64,000 nucleotides of DNA from Chiloscyllium plagiosum (Eukaryota). The notes under the pieces were generated by a model that made no database searches, was not told the origin of the DNA, and saw only the letters and a program-made list of their open reading frames with translations. Numbering within the stretch: the first letter of the stretch is position 1; the number at the start of each line of letters is the position of its first letter. The stretch spans positions 15,914,344 to 15,978,343 of the forward strand of contig NC_057729.1 in NCBI RefSeq assembly GCF_004010195.1. The letters are read 5' to 3'. A program made the position numbers and the translations under genes. Below are positions 23,804-36,775 of this stretch, one piece after another.

Positions 23804-24799
23804 ACAGGCTAGATAGATTACCCATGGGGAATGTAGGGTCACAGAGGTGGGGCAGGTCTGGGTGGGATGCTCTTTGGAGGGTCAGTGTAGACTCAATGGG
23901 CCAAATGGCCTGCTTCCGCACTATCGGAATCCTATGACTTACACTCACACAAAAAGATAAAGGAATAAACAATTTGCACCTAATGTTGTGGCTGTAGGCT
24001 AAATTTAATATTCTTAATCCTTTCAGTTTAAAGATCCTAATGTTAAACAAAGTCACATGCAGTCACCAAAATCACCAGCATTCACCCCATGGCATGACCA
24101 CGAGTCTATATCATCCTAGATTCAAGGAACATTCAGTGAAAACAGTGATAGCAAACTGCTGCCCCTACTAAAAGGCAACAGAATTGCAAACTAACTACAT
24201 TCCCATTAATTTGATATCCACTTGCTTCCTGCTGATTTTTTTTCCCTTTGAGATTTGCCATGGCTATTTTTCACAAGTTCCTCTTTGACAATGGATGTCA
24301 TTCTTGGACGATGAGAAAAAGACAAATTCCCATCCTCAATGATTGAAGAATTGTTACATTCCATTCATAAGGTTTGTTGGAGAGTCAAAATGTAATTTAG
24401 GTCAGCAGTAAAGCTTGTCCATCAATAATGTTGTAAATAGTATCATTACTTCTCATTTAATTAACACTTAAAGAGAGTTCATTGAGAAGCAAGAAATGAA
24501 AGGTCACTATCTCCAGATCCAGAAGGGCATGAATCAGTCTCATAAAGTAAAGGCATGCAATTGAAGTAATTAAAAAAAAAAGAGATAATGGAAATGTCGA
24601 CCTTTTTGTGGAGAAAATATATAATGCTGACTCTGAAAAACATTTGTGAATGAACCTCAGGCATCACGCAATAAGGGAAAAACTAAATGAGATTACATAC
24701 GTGTCAAGTAGATTCCCAATTCAACCAAACTTCTGATTTTCTCGAAGAAATTTTATAAGCTCTGGAAACAAGCTAAACAAAATTAATGTTGATTAATTT

Positions 24800-25420
24800 A
24801 GTGATGGTCAAAAAGAGGCAAGGAGGCAGATAAAGTGGTGTGCAAGGCACCAAGAAGGATGTGCAAGATCAGAGAGATCTGGATCAATAAATGTGTAACT
24901 TATTAAAGGTGATATGACAGATGGCAAGAGCAGTTGGCTTCATTAGCAGAGGTCTAGAGTACAACAGCAAGCAGGCTACGTTGGATTTGTTAGTCCTCAT
25001 CTGGAGTTTTGTGGAAATCAATGAGCACATTGCAGAGAATACAGAAGACTGGTTTCTGGGTTGAGATCCTTTTGTCATGAAGATAAAGTGGAAAAATTGA
25101 GATTATTTTTCTTGAAGAGGAGAAAGGTAAGAATCACTTGGACAGAAGTTTTCCAAATCATTAAAAGTTTGGAGAAAGTAGATATGGAAAAACTGTTCCA
25201 TTCATACCAGTACTGATGAACAAGAAGGCAAGGATTTAAAGTAATTTGCAAAAAGCAAACATGACGTAAGTAAAAATGTTTTCACACAGTGAGTATTTAG
25301 GCTCTGGAATGTACTGCCTGGAATTGAGATGGCTGTAGATTCAATCAAGACATTCAAGACATCATTTGGTGGTTGTTTGAACAGACACAAGGCACTGGGT
25401 TATGGGGAAACCAAATCGAA
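24800..25420 (+). mobile_element. CR1-type LINE 3' fragment (old)
   Basis: ttggcttcattagcagaggtctagagtac...ttttcacacagtgagt...tggaatgtactgcctgg. Confidence 0.7.
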
Positions 25421-25914
25421 GAAAAAAATCCAATGAGATCACTTACGCTGGCTTAAGAGATCTGATAAGACACAGATTTCATAGGGCTTGTGGAAATGTT
25501 CGATCCGCTTTCTTGTAAAACAAAACTGTCAATGCCAGTGACAGAATGAGTGTTAAGTGAGAAGAATCTGTCAGTAATATGACAGAGAGTCTGAGAAAGC
25601 TTATTTCATCAGTCAAATGACCACAGTGGGTAACAGAATACATCCAGCCCAATCAACAATTCAAGGGAGATAAGCTGTATAAAGTGAGACCAAAATTCAT
25701 AGATCCAAAACAGTCAGGAAGATGTAAGTGTCAGATCTAAGCATGCAGGATAGTAGGAAAAAAAATAATGACTGGTTCTTCCAATTAGAAAATTTCCTGA
25801 TCCAGGAATCCCACACTAGAAATAAGAAAATATTTATTTCAACTGATCAGCTGTTTTTCAACAAGGAAATTCAGGAACTTGAGAGTCCTCCAGGTAAGGG
25901 AAGTTTTTTTTAAA

Positions 25915-26250
25915 ATTAATTCATGGGATGAGAGCATTGCTAATTAGACCAGCATTTATTGCATATGCCTAATTGCCTGGAGGGCAATGAAGAGTCAATC
26001 ATATTGTTGTGGCCCTGGAGTCATATATAGGCCAGACCATGTATGGATGGTAGTTTTCTTCTCTAAAGGACATTAGTGAACTAGATGGATTGTTCCCAAC
26101 AAGTGGCAATGGATTCGTAGTCATCATTAGACTCTTAAATCCATACTTTTATTGATTTCAAATTCCACCAGCTGCTGTGACAAGATTCACAATATTCCCC
26201 GAATATTATCTGGATCTCTGGACTGTCAATCCACTCGGCCATCATCTCTC
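25915..26250 (-). mobile_element. SacSINE1-like DeuSINE
   Basis: Reverse complement of tRNA head, gttcactaatgtcctttag...gactccag core and aataaatgctgg tail. Confidence 0.7.
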
Positions 26251-26434
26251 CAATGGACCATCCACTAGGTTCCATTAACAACATTTTTCATGAAGGGTAT
26301 TGAAAAGACAAAATACTCCCCAGTGGAAAAGTGATCCACAGATCAGAACCAGTGTTAACAGTCCCCAAGCAAGAAATGAACCATTTTTCCAAATCAGACG
26401 AGAATGATTTCAGTGAAAATTATGACACAATTGT

Positions 26435-26920
26435 GACTCGCCAACTGTGATGGAATGGCAGTTTATTTCCAAGTCAGGGTGGTGAGTGGCTTGGAGGGGA
26501 ACTTGCAGGTGGTGTGTTCCCAAGTACCTGCTGCCCTTGTCCTTCTGGATGGAAATGTTCATGGGTTTGGAAGGTGCTATCTAAGGATCTTTGGTGAATT
26601 TCTGCAGTGCATCACGTAGATGGTACATGTTGCTGCTACTGAATGCCAGTGGTGGAGGGATTGAATGTTTGTAGATGCAGGTTGCTTTGTCCTGGATGGT
26701 GGCAAACCTCTTGAGTGTTGTTGGAGCTGCACCCAGCCAGGCAAGTTGGGAATATTCCATCCCACACCAGACTTGTGCCTTGTAGATGGTGGATAGACTC
26801 TAGGTTGTCAGGAGGTGAGTTATTCGTCGCAGTATCCCTAGTCTCAGACATTTTCTTGTAGCCACTGTGTTTTTATGGTGAGTCCAGTTGACTTTCTGGT
26901 CAATGGTAACTCCAAGGATA
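26435..26920 (-). mobile_element. L2/CR1-group LINE 3' ORF2 fragment
   Basis: STIYKAQV...MEYS...WLGAAPTTLK...TIQDKA; NIQSLHHWHSVAATCTIY. Confidence 0.75.
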
Positions 26921-29088
26921 CTGAATGGTCTATTTGCCTATCCTGCACACGCTTTTTGAATAATCCTGTAACATTCACAGACCTGCAATTGTCTGGTACC
27001 TTACCTGAATCGAGTGATGATTGGATAATGATTTGCAGAGATTTTGTTTCTTTCCTCTCTGGCTTCCTTTAACAGCCTTGATAAAATTTATCCATCCCAG
27101 GTGTTGTATCCAAATTTAAGGAGGTCAATTCCATTTGGGAAACATACCTACTGTTCTTATTGAGTCAAACCTACATGTGTTACCAGACAGACAATAATAC
27201 AGTTGACCCTTACCTTTGTTCTAAACTAGTCTAACAAATTGCTCAGTTTCATTCCAGCCTATTATCTTCAATCAATCCAACACCCAATGAATGAAAAAAT
27301 AATGATATGTGGGAGTCTGGTTTGTGATATTTTTAAAAAAATCACATCACACCCAAGCAAAATGCATTTCTTTCGAGTATTTATAATTCCCCCTTTGTTT
27401 CTGAAGATTGGTTTTGTATTTCTGCCTCATCAAGCATATTTGTGTCCTATGTTTCTTATTAACTTGTCAAGGTGAAATAATTTGCTGTGGTCTACATTCT
27501 ATAGTTTCTTTGGAACCCTAAAATTAGTAACTATATCACCTCACAACTTCATTTTTTTTCCCAGTGCGCTCAGATTCAATTTGCATAATCATTCCTCCAC
27601 ATCCAATCTCGCTGTTTCATTTTTGTTCTGGCTGGTCTCTTCAGTCTCATTTCAATTGCAGCAAGGTTGTTTCTGTCTAGTTGTGACCAGAACTGTACAC
27701 AGTGTTCTTAGGGCAGTTACACCACTGATTTATAAAGTGGCAGGATTGCTTCATTTTGTTAACCTTTTAATATAACTCAACAACTGATTTGTTTTATTCA
27801 TGACCACCTACACTGTTGTGCTGTTCCATTCATTATCAATCAGGTCCTCCAGATTTCTTTCATTTTTCCATATAATTTATTTACGTTCAGTTCAAATAAT
27901 AGTTCCTTCCTGGATTTGTTTTTGTTCCCATGTGACGTATTTTGCATTCCTTCATGTTGCCAGCTCAATACCTTTATGTATTTAAAGAGGCAGCTGATTC
28001 AATGTATTGTAGCACAGCTTTCTCTCCCATAAATAAGAAATAGGAGCAGACTTAGGCCATTTGGCCTATCAAAACTGCTCTGCCATTTTTCAATCCTGTT
28101 CTTCTGCATTCTCCCCTTAACCCCTGATCCAATTACTCCGCTTTTAGATGACATTAAGTAAGTTTTTTTTAAAATGCAATAGTTTGTTATCTTTGATTAA
28201 AAACAGGAATAGAATGTTAATTGGCTGAAAATCAGCATATAAAGTAAACAAGCCTGCCACTTTTCTTGGTATTTCATTTTTCATTCTTCAACATTGGAAT
28301 TGCTTCTCCACAATCATTGGAATAAAAGAGAAAATAAATAGAAAAGAACTTGAAGGAATCAAAGAACCATAATCAAAGAGATATTTTCATCTACATTTCA
28401 GTACAATGTTAGGACTTAATTGCATGCAGAACGTTTCAGCAGAATATTCACAAATTTTGTGAAGGGTAGTTCGTGCCTCACAAACCTTATTGAGTTCTTT
28501 GAGAAGGTGATCAAACAGGTGGATGAGGGTAAAGAAGTTGATGTGGTGTATATGGATTTTAGTAAGGTGTTTGGTAAGGTTCCCCATGGTAGGCTATTGC
28601 ACAAAGTACAGAGGCATGGGATTGAGGGTGATTTAGTAGTTTGGATCAAAACTTGGTGAGCTGAAAGAAGACAAAGGGTGGTGGTTGATGTGAGATATTC
28701 ATCCTGGAGTTCAGTTACTAGTGGTGTACTGCAAGGATCTGTTTTGGGTCCACTACTGTTCATCATTTTTATAAACTACCTGGATGACAGCATAGAAAGA
28801 TGGATTAGTATATTTGCAATGGACATGAAGGTCAGTAGAGTTGTACATAGTGATGAAGGGACATTGAAAAGCTGCACAGCTGCGCTGAGAGGTGGCAAAT
28901 GGAGTTTAATGTGGAAAAGTGTAAGATGATTAACTTTGGAAGGAATAACAGGAATGCAGGGTAATGGGCTAATGGTAAGATTCTCAATAGTGTAGATGAG
29001 CAGAGAGAACTCGGTGTCCAGGTAAATAGATCCTTGAAAGTTGCCACCCAAATTGGTAGGGTTGTTAAGAAGGCGTACAGTGTGTTAA

Positions 29089-29343
29089 GATTAGAGTGGT
29101 GCTGGAAAAGCACAGCAGGTCAGGCAGCATCCCTGGAGCAGGGAAATTGACATTTCGGGCAAAAGCCCTTCATCAGGAATGGAGCCCTCCATTCGGGCAA
29201 AAGCTCTCCATTCCTGATGAAGGGCTTTTGCCCGAAACGTCGATTTTCCTGCTCCTCGGATGCTGCCTGACCTGCTGTGCTTTTCTAGCACCACTCTAAT
29301 CCAGACTCTGGTTTCCAGCATCTGCAGTCCTCACTTTTGCCTA
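29089..29343 (+). mobile_element. Penelope-like fold-back cassette (family A) with 13-bp TSD
   Basis: TSD tac(a/g)gtgtgttaa at 29076-29088 and 29344-29356; ~95-bp inverted arms plus ~42-nt tail. Confidence 0.9.
29210..29245 (+). ncRNA. Minimal hammerhead ribozyme with intact core (family A)
   Basis: attc-CTGATGA-a-GGGC-tttt-GCCC-GAA-ACGT-C-gatt, with palindromic ACGU and GUC cleavage site. A mirror copy on the minus strand at 29146-29180 reads GAAAUGUC. Confidence 0.8.
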
Positions 29344-30565
29344 TACGGTGTGTTAACTTTTATTGATAGAGGGATTGAGTTTTGGAACCATGAGGCCAAG
29401 CTACAGGTGTACAAAACTCTGGTGCATCCGCATTTGGAGTATTGTATATAGTTCTGGTCGCCACATTATAGGAAGGATGTGGAAGCTTTAGAAATGGTTC
29501 AGAGGAGATTTACGAGGATGTTGCCTGGTATGGAGGGAAGGTTTTATGAGGAAAGGCTGGGGGACTTGAGGCTGTGTTCATTAGAGAGAAGAAGGTTGAG
29601 ATATGACTTAATTGAGACATATAAGATAATCAGAGGTTTAGATAGGTTGGACAGTGAGAAGATTTTTCCTGGGATGGTGATGGCTAGCATGAGGGGACAT
29701 AGCTTTAAATTGAGGGGTGATAGATATAGGACAGATGTCAGAGGTAGTTTCTTTACACAAAGAATAGTAGGGGCATTGAACATGCTGCCTGCAACAGTAG
29801 TAGACTTGCCATCTTTAAGGGCATTTAAATGGTCATTGAATAGGCATATGGACAAGAATGGAATAATGTAGGTTAGATGGGCTTTAGATTGGTTTCACAT
29901 TGAGGGTTGAAGGGCCTGTACTATGCTATAATATTCTATGTTCTAAATTGAGACCACAAATTGAGGAGCTGTACTCCTGGAGAACAGGATTAAGCTTAAA
30001 CACCTAAAAACTGGTGGATTGAGCTCAGCCCAGGTGTTCAAGTTTAGTAAATCTGAAAGACAAATCCAAGCCACCCCAACCTGCCCATTTGGAAATCTAG
30101 AAATCTGACAGTCAGCCTCAGAAAGAAATTAAGTGTCTTTATGACACAGCTCAAGGGCCAAGAGAAGCAGGAATGCATCCCCTCAACTCTTTTTCACATG
30201 GACCCATGTACAAAGCAATTCAAAGCCAGAATTTGGAATCCAGTTAGGGCTGTGTAACAGAACATGTCAGGACTGAATTGCCTAAGGTCAAGAATTGAAA
30301 ACTCCATTTCATGATCAGATTATACTCACCAGAGTTAGCAAACATTCTGGAATCAGAGAATTGTCTACTCCCCAGTATCCCCCGCCAGCTTCCCAACCAG
30401 ATTGAAAACATATTGGCATCAAACACTCAACGTCCAGAGTCAGGAATCAGACTCCTGCTGATGTCAGGAGTTTAATAACTCACACTAATAGATGTCACAT
30501 TCCACTTTTGGAATTTGCAAAAATCTACCAGGGTTATGGATCAGACCTGTCTATCTTACAGCCAT

Positions 30566-30692
30566 TCCTGATGAAAAGCTTGTGCTCGAAACATCGACTC
30601 TTCTGCTCCTTGGGTGCTGCCTGATCAGCTGTGATTTTCTAGCACCACACTTTCTGACTCTGATCTCCAGCATCTGCAGTCCTCACTTTCTC
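30566..30692 (+). mobile_element. Solo Penelope-like pLTR (family A) beginning at the hammerhead, 15-bp TSD
   Basis: ctgatgaaaagcttgtgctcgaaacatc; TSD ctatct(t/g)acagccat at 30551-30565 and 30693-30707. Confidence 0.82.
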
Positions 30693-31789
30693 CTATCTGA
30701 CAGCCATGACCTGATTCCTGTTTTTCTGACTCGGACCCATGTCCGTCAGTGACCTTGACTCTCAGGAGGAAATCTGTCAAGGACAAAAATGTAATCCATG
30801 GGGTTAACACGCCACAACACGCGGGGGGCCAGGGTACGGTCTGCCTCCAGCTCAGTCTGTGCATGAACCAGAGATGATGGTCTATCCCCTACTTGGGAAG
30901 GACATAGTCACAGGATATGTCCAACTATAGTCTGAGTTGTGGGCAATAGTCAGTCATGATGGGCCATCATGGTCAGGGGTCTGGTCAGTCAAAGATAGTC
31001 AGGGTTCTGGGCTGAATACAGTCCTCGCAGTCTGTGCATTGATCATTCAATTGAGTGCAAGGGGAATTGTAGGGGCAATAGTAAAGGGTTGGAGGAGTCA
31101 AGGTTGATGAGGATTGGAGAATCAGAGACATCTGTACACATGTGGACAAGGATGGTGACGGGGAAGCTCAAGGTAAATGGTTGCTAGGCATAACAGGAGA
31201 CGATGGGTTATTGTCAGTGTCCATGACTGTGATCTCCACAGTGGAGCATAGAAGACCAGGGTGGGTATCAGTAAGGTGTTATGTCAAAGAGCAGAGTGGA
31301 TATTTGGAGGCAATGCTCAACATGATGGGTCTCCTCATGGGAGCATGAGTGGAAATGAACTCTTGAGGTAGTTTAACATAAAAGAGGGCACGGTTATTAG
31401 CAATCGGGCAGAGATCTGTGCTGAATGTCTCCACCTGAGATTTGTTTGCAGCCATCACTTGCCATTCGCTAGATGTGAAATACAACTGGAAATAACCAGG
31501 ACTATGTCCAGAATGAGCAGAGTCAGTTTGATAGCTGAATCCATAGGGTTCCTCTCTGTTGGACGTCAGGACATTGAACGGGAAAATATATGAAACGTGC
31601 ATTTGAAATTTCCAACCACATTTCATTGACAATAATTTCTTCAACCATTTATAATGCAGTCAGAATTAATGTACTTAGGCTTCAAATAATGATCAAAGTC
31701 AAACTTTACCATGCCATTTGGCATCTAAATGCTCCCAAAGTTAGCAGCAATGCCTTAAAAAAAAAGTTAAAAATCATACAATACTAGAT

Positions 31790-31927
31790 TGTAATCCAAC
31801 AGATTTATTCAGGAGCAAGGTTCTGAAAGCTAATACTTCCAAACAAACCTGTTGGATTATAACCTGGTGCTGTCTGATTTTTAACTTTGTCCACCCCAGT
31901 CCAACACCGCCGCCTCCACATCATGGT
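31790..31927 (+). mobile_element. Penelope-like remnant (family B)
   Basis: tccaacagatttatt...aaacctgttggattataacctgg...tttaactttgtccaccccagtccaacacc tail. Confidence 0.78.
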
Positions 31928-32599
31928 TAAAAAGAGATGAATGCCAGCTAAAAATATTTTAATCATTTGTAAAACTTGCAGGGGTGCTGTGAAAAGTACA
32001 TCACCTCATCAAATGTCATGTAAATGTGACAAAGGACTGTACTGAAAAGTTAAATGAATAACGTGGGTCTGAGATGGGAAGGTGCTCAGAGTACAGTAGA
32101 CCTGCAGTTTGTACTCATTTTGTTCATGCTCCCTTTTCTTGACTGTAAATAAAAGTTCCTATATGGAACTGTCCAATTATTAGCAAGATGAAATGTTTTC
32201 CTTCTGAATGAAGACAAGCTGTCCATTGGCATTGGGAACAGAGCAGCAATGATTTACTGAGGGTGTTCATAGTGTGGCTTTGTGTCTGTTGTGCCATTAT
32301 CTTTCTGATGAAGGGTAACATTAGACTTGCAACACTTGTCTGGGTGCACGGTGGCCTTTGAAAAGTGGCACAGGGGCAAGCGATGCTGGTCTTTGGGCAG
32401 ATATCCATTGAGTGGCAACTTCCAGGAACAGTTTGTGGTTAAATGGTATTAGAATTGGATGAGATGGTTGCCATGGGACAGAGTAGACAGTTAATGAGAC
32501 AGGCTTGGTAAAATACAACAAGAAACATTCTAAAAATTTTTGATGCAATTGACACGTAGCCAAACAAACACAAGATATAACAAATGCTTTGCCAATGAA

Positions 32600-32865
32600 T
32601 CAAATGCAAAGAAAGATAAAAGAAAAAAACTTTATGCACATTGAATAGTTCGAGTCTAGATGCACTGTCTGGAAGTGTTGTGGTGTCTGGATCAATTGAG
32701 GCATTCAAGAATGCATTGGCTGATTATTTAAATCTAAATATTGTGCAGGATGACAGTGGAAATACAGGAGCTAGGTACTAAGTTAAAATGCTCAGTGAGC
32801 TTGTGCAGACATGATGGATCAAATGGTATCCTTTTATACCATAACAGTTGTGTGATTCTTTGATT
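32600..32865 (+). mobile_element. CR1-type LINE tail (old)
   Basis: gatcaattgaggcattcaag...gcagacatgatggatcaaatgg. Confidence 0.6.
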
Positions 32866-32896
32866 CACTTTTTTACTTTCTTTATTTGATGTTAAT

Positions 32897-33105
32897 TTAC
32901 TCAGTTAGCTGGATGCAATACAGAGTGATGCGGACTGAATGGGTTCAGTTTCTGCACCAGCTGAGGTTACCATGAAGGACTGTCCTTCTCAACCTCTCCC
33001 CTTGCCTGAAGTATGGTGACCCTCAAGTTAAACCACCACCAGTTGTTTCTCTCTAATGAGAGAGCAACCCTAATGTCCAATGGGACTATGGCAACTTTAA
33101 CTTTT
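32897..33105 (+). mobile_element. tRNA-derived SINE, family unassigned
   Basis: ctcagttagc and gggttcag boxes, then ggtgaccctcaagttaaaccaccaccag...gggactatggcaacttt. Confidence 0.55.
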
Positions 33106-33884
33106 ATGTTACAAACCTAGATTAGGATCACTTACAACTTTTGTGAGATATTATTTCAACATGAGACACAAATACTGCTTTCTTGTTCAGTTTGTCTCAT
33201 GGGTTCCAGGCTGGATGAAGCTTTCCGTACTGTTGTAGGTGGCAGATGTAAAACAACAAACAATAAGCTCAAGTGTCCACCCCAAAATGTTCTTTTGGAA
33301 TTTGAGGATTGTTATTCAAAGTTACAAACAAGAGACAGAGATTGGCCTTGGTGTCTTAAGCGCTTTCACCTCTTGTATGTCTTTCTCAAAGATTCTGAGG
33401 TATTGAATGCAAAAAGCATCTTGGCTGCTACCCAGACTTGTGTCTTTGATGTGGCTGATGCTATTTCTGTTGTCAGATACCACATGCACATGGATTGAGT
33501 GCAAATCCTTTCTGAAAGTGTTGCCAAGGGGTTGATAAGAACTCAATTATACATTGTGTTCTGTCTCTTGGTGAAAGCTCTGCATCTTTCCACAGGATGA
33601 GGATGTTGCTGATTTGCAAATGCAACACTTGTCATATCCCCAGTACTTGTGTGCACTGCATACTGCCTGATGTTGGCAGGCATCGCTGGGACTGGCAGTA
33701 TCTTGTTACCTGGATTTCTAATGTGATGGTAACCTTTACCTCAAAGCTTGCTCCAAAGCTTATCTGTATAATTCCTCAGCAGGCTATCTTGTGAGCAGAT
33801 GCTTCTGTGGAGTATCCAAATATGCGGGAGGCAGCTCAGTGGTGAAAGTGAACAAAAAAGCCTCAGGTGTTGCTGCATCTGGAT

Positions 33885-34150
33885 TCATAGGATTCCTACA
33901 GTATGGAAGTAGGCCATTCAGCCCATTGGGTCCACATAGACCACCCAAAGACCATCCCACCTCGACCCATTCCCTGTAACTCTGCCTCTTGCCACCTTTC
34001 CAGAATATTCCTGCAGCGCAGAAAGAAGCCAGAGGACCTGGAGGAAACCCTCAGACATGGGGAGAGATGCAACTTCTCAACAGACAGTCGCTCGAGGGTG
34101 GAATTAAACCCAAGGCCCTAGCAATGTGAGGCAGCAGTGCTAACCACTGG
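33885..34150 (-). mobile_element. HE1-type SINE (diverged)
   Basis: Reverse-complemented head (tgtgaggcagcagtgctaaccactg) and tail. Confidence 0.75.
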
Positions 34151-34369
34151 CAATGGCAGCAAACTCACCTTCTTCATCAAAATCACTTTCAATGATCATT
34201 TTAGATTGTAATTAGAATACAAACAGTAGTCTAATATAATGGAGGACTGTAGTAAAAGCAGGAGATCAAACAAACACAACAACAATGACATAATCTTATT
34301 TATATGTATTAGAATTAGGACAAACTCCTAGGCTGCATTTTATAGGAGAATTATAACCTCACTGTTGTA

Positions 34370-34661
34370 TGCAAGAAGTCCACACCAACCCACCAAAGAT
34401 TAATCCACCCAGACCCATTCCCCTACCCTATATTTACCCCTGACTAATTCACCTACACATCCTTGAACTATGGACAATTTAGCATGGCCAATTCACCTAA
34501 CCTGCACATCTTTGGATTATGGGAGGAAACCAGAGCACACCTGTGCAGACATGGGGAGAATGTGCAAACTCCACTCAGATAGTCACCCGCGGCTGGAATT
34601 GAACCCGGGCCCCTGGCACTGTGAGGCAGCAATGCTGACCACCGAGCCAACATGCTGCCCT
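34370..34661 (-). mobile_element. HE1-type SINE
   Basis: Reverse-complemented HE1 head and core. Confidence 0.88.
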
Positions 34662-34699
34662 ATGTTGCACCTTTAACATAATTGCCCCTCACATGACTA

Positions 34700-36420
34700 C
34701 TGTAAAGCAGAATTAAACACAAAGCCACAGAGGATAATATTAAAACAAGAGATCAAATGCTTGGTTAAAGCAGTGGATGTTAAGGCCTGTATCAACGGAA
34801 GCTAACGAGTTTGAAAATCTGAAACGTTTGGGGAGGGAATTTGAGATTTTAGTATATGCACGGTTGAACTTAGGGTGACCAAAAATGAAGCAATTAAATC
34901 AGGGATGCCAAACTGACCAGAATTTAATGAGTAGACATATCTTAGGAGGTCAAAGGGGCTGAAGGAAATGACAGAGATAATGATGAGCAAGGCTATGAAG
35001 GGATTGAAAACAAGGTTGAGAATACTAGGATCAGGGCATTCCTTGACTGAGAATTAATGCAGGTCAGTGAGCGAGAGGTGAAAAGGATTTGATGTGATAA
35101 AATCATAGGTAATAAAGGTCATAGTGATTTTAATTTTATGTAAGGTAGAACATGGAAGACTAGCCAAGAATGCATTGGAATAGTCAAGTCTCGAGGTACC
35201 AAAGACATGACTGATGGGTTTAACAGATGTATATGTTCCAGTACTGGGGCAGAGGCAGAAACCAAGTGAATACTGAGGTAATGTTATGAAGATGAAATGG
35301 GCAGTCTTATTGATGCTGTACATATCTGAAATCTCACCTCTAAATCAAATACGACATCAAAGTTGCAAACTGTCTATTTTAATCTTAGATAGTTGCTAGC
35401 TTGGACAAGATGGAGCTAGATCCAAAGACAATAGTTTCAATCTTCCCATTAATTGTTTGTGAAACTGGATGTTGGATAAACAATTTCATAATCTACAGAG
35501 AGTGCATTGAGAGAAGTTGTGGTGACATAGAACGGAGTGTCATCAGCATACATGTTTGCACTAATATTGTACGTTCTGATAATGTCACTGAGGGGTAACA
35601 TGCACATGAGAATAGGAAGGTGACAAGATAATTGAGTGGGAGTAGAAAAGGAAGCCATTCCAAGTGATGTCCAGGCTACGGTTAGATAGATAAGAATGGA
35701 AACAGACAAGTACAACTCCAGCCAGTTGGATGGCAATGGAAAGGTTGGAGGAGGATGACATAGGCAACTGTATAAAAAGCCGCAGAAGAAGGAAAAATGA
35801 TGAGAAGAGAAAGTTTACCTTAATCAACATCACCAAGGAAATTATTTTTATGTTTAATAAGAACTGTTTCAGTACTGTGACAGAAGCAAAAACCCGAATA
35901 GAAGGAGTACTACAAGAACCTTCAGGAAAGGTGGCGTGTATTTGAGAGGCCAAATTTTGTGCAATGACTTTGAAGAGGAAAACGAGTTTGCAAACAGGGT
36001 TGCAATGCAAGGGGAGGTTTTCTGATGGTATATTTAAAAAGGAAAGGCCAATAGTACCTGAAGAACGGGAACCATTAACAATGTCAGTAAGCATGAGGTC
36101 TGTTAGAGGATGTCAGATGATCTGCAGTTCAATGGCAAGATGGTCTAGCGAGCAGAAAATGGCTTTCAGAGGATGAAACCAAAGAGAACAAGAGGGGAAA
36201 TAGGAGAGGAATGACAGAAAAAAAGTGGTTTCCGGGCAAGAACAGGGGAGTTAAAGTCGGATTGGTCTGGAGCACTTGTAGAATGAGGAATGTAGCAAAG
36301 AGAGCGGACAAAGAAATCTGTGAGTACCTTGTACCTGTTGATGGAGGTAATGGTGAGGATATAGGGAAAGGCAGTTAAGATAATTGGCATGACAGAAAAG
36401 AAGCCACAGGCTATCTTTGC
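34700..36420 (-). mobile_element. Old L2-clade LINE ORF2 remnant
   Basis: MYADDT (~35539-35553), FHSYLSNRS, TSRLDYSNAFLASLP. Confidence 0.8.
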
Positions 36421-36469
36421 ATCGCAGGATATTGCTGGAATAATGTTAGTGTAGGACCTTATGAATTTT

Positions 36470-36775
36470 TTTTCATGGGATGGGAGTGTCATTGTTAAGG
36501 CCATTATTTTTTACCATTCTCTAATTGCCCTTGAATTGAGTTGTTTCCTCAGCCTTAAGGGACATTAAGGGTCAATCCCAATCCTGTGTATCTGGTGTCA
36601 CACATAAGCTAGGCCACCTACTGATTTCCTTCCTTGAGTCATTAATGAATTTAATGTGCTTTTATTAAAATTGACAATGATCTCATTCCATCAGCCGCTG
36701 TGATGGGATTTGAATCTATATCTCCCAGAACAAAGTCTTGGCCTTTGGGTGATTAATTCAGTCACATTACAACAA
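36470..36775 (-). mobile_element. SacSINE1-like DeuSINE (diverged)
   Basis: Homologous to 25915-26250. Confidence 0.6.

Larger units (their letters stand above)
23368..23938 (+). mobile_element. HE1-type SINE interrupted by a PLE cassette
   Basis: Head at 23368, core, resumes after 23804. Confidence 0.88.
28453..29946 (+). mobile_element. CR1/HER1 LINE RT to 3' end, interrupted by a PLE cassette
   Basis: FVKGSSCLTNLIEFFE...DVVYMDFSK; SGVLQGSVLGPLLF; YKTLVHPHLEYC; LERRRLRYDLIETYKI; (attct)n-like tail. Confidence 0.95.

Noticed and set aside
25622-25665. CACAGTG heptamers (also ~31238, ~44898, ~51651, ~59002) as V(D)J recombination signals
   Set aside because: No ACAAAAACC-like nonamer at 12 or 23 spacing and no Ig/TCR segments nearby
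33200-33880. RTE-like LINE remnant or coding exon
   Set aside because: Only faint motif similarity and no consistent frame or splice sites
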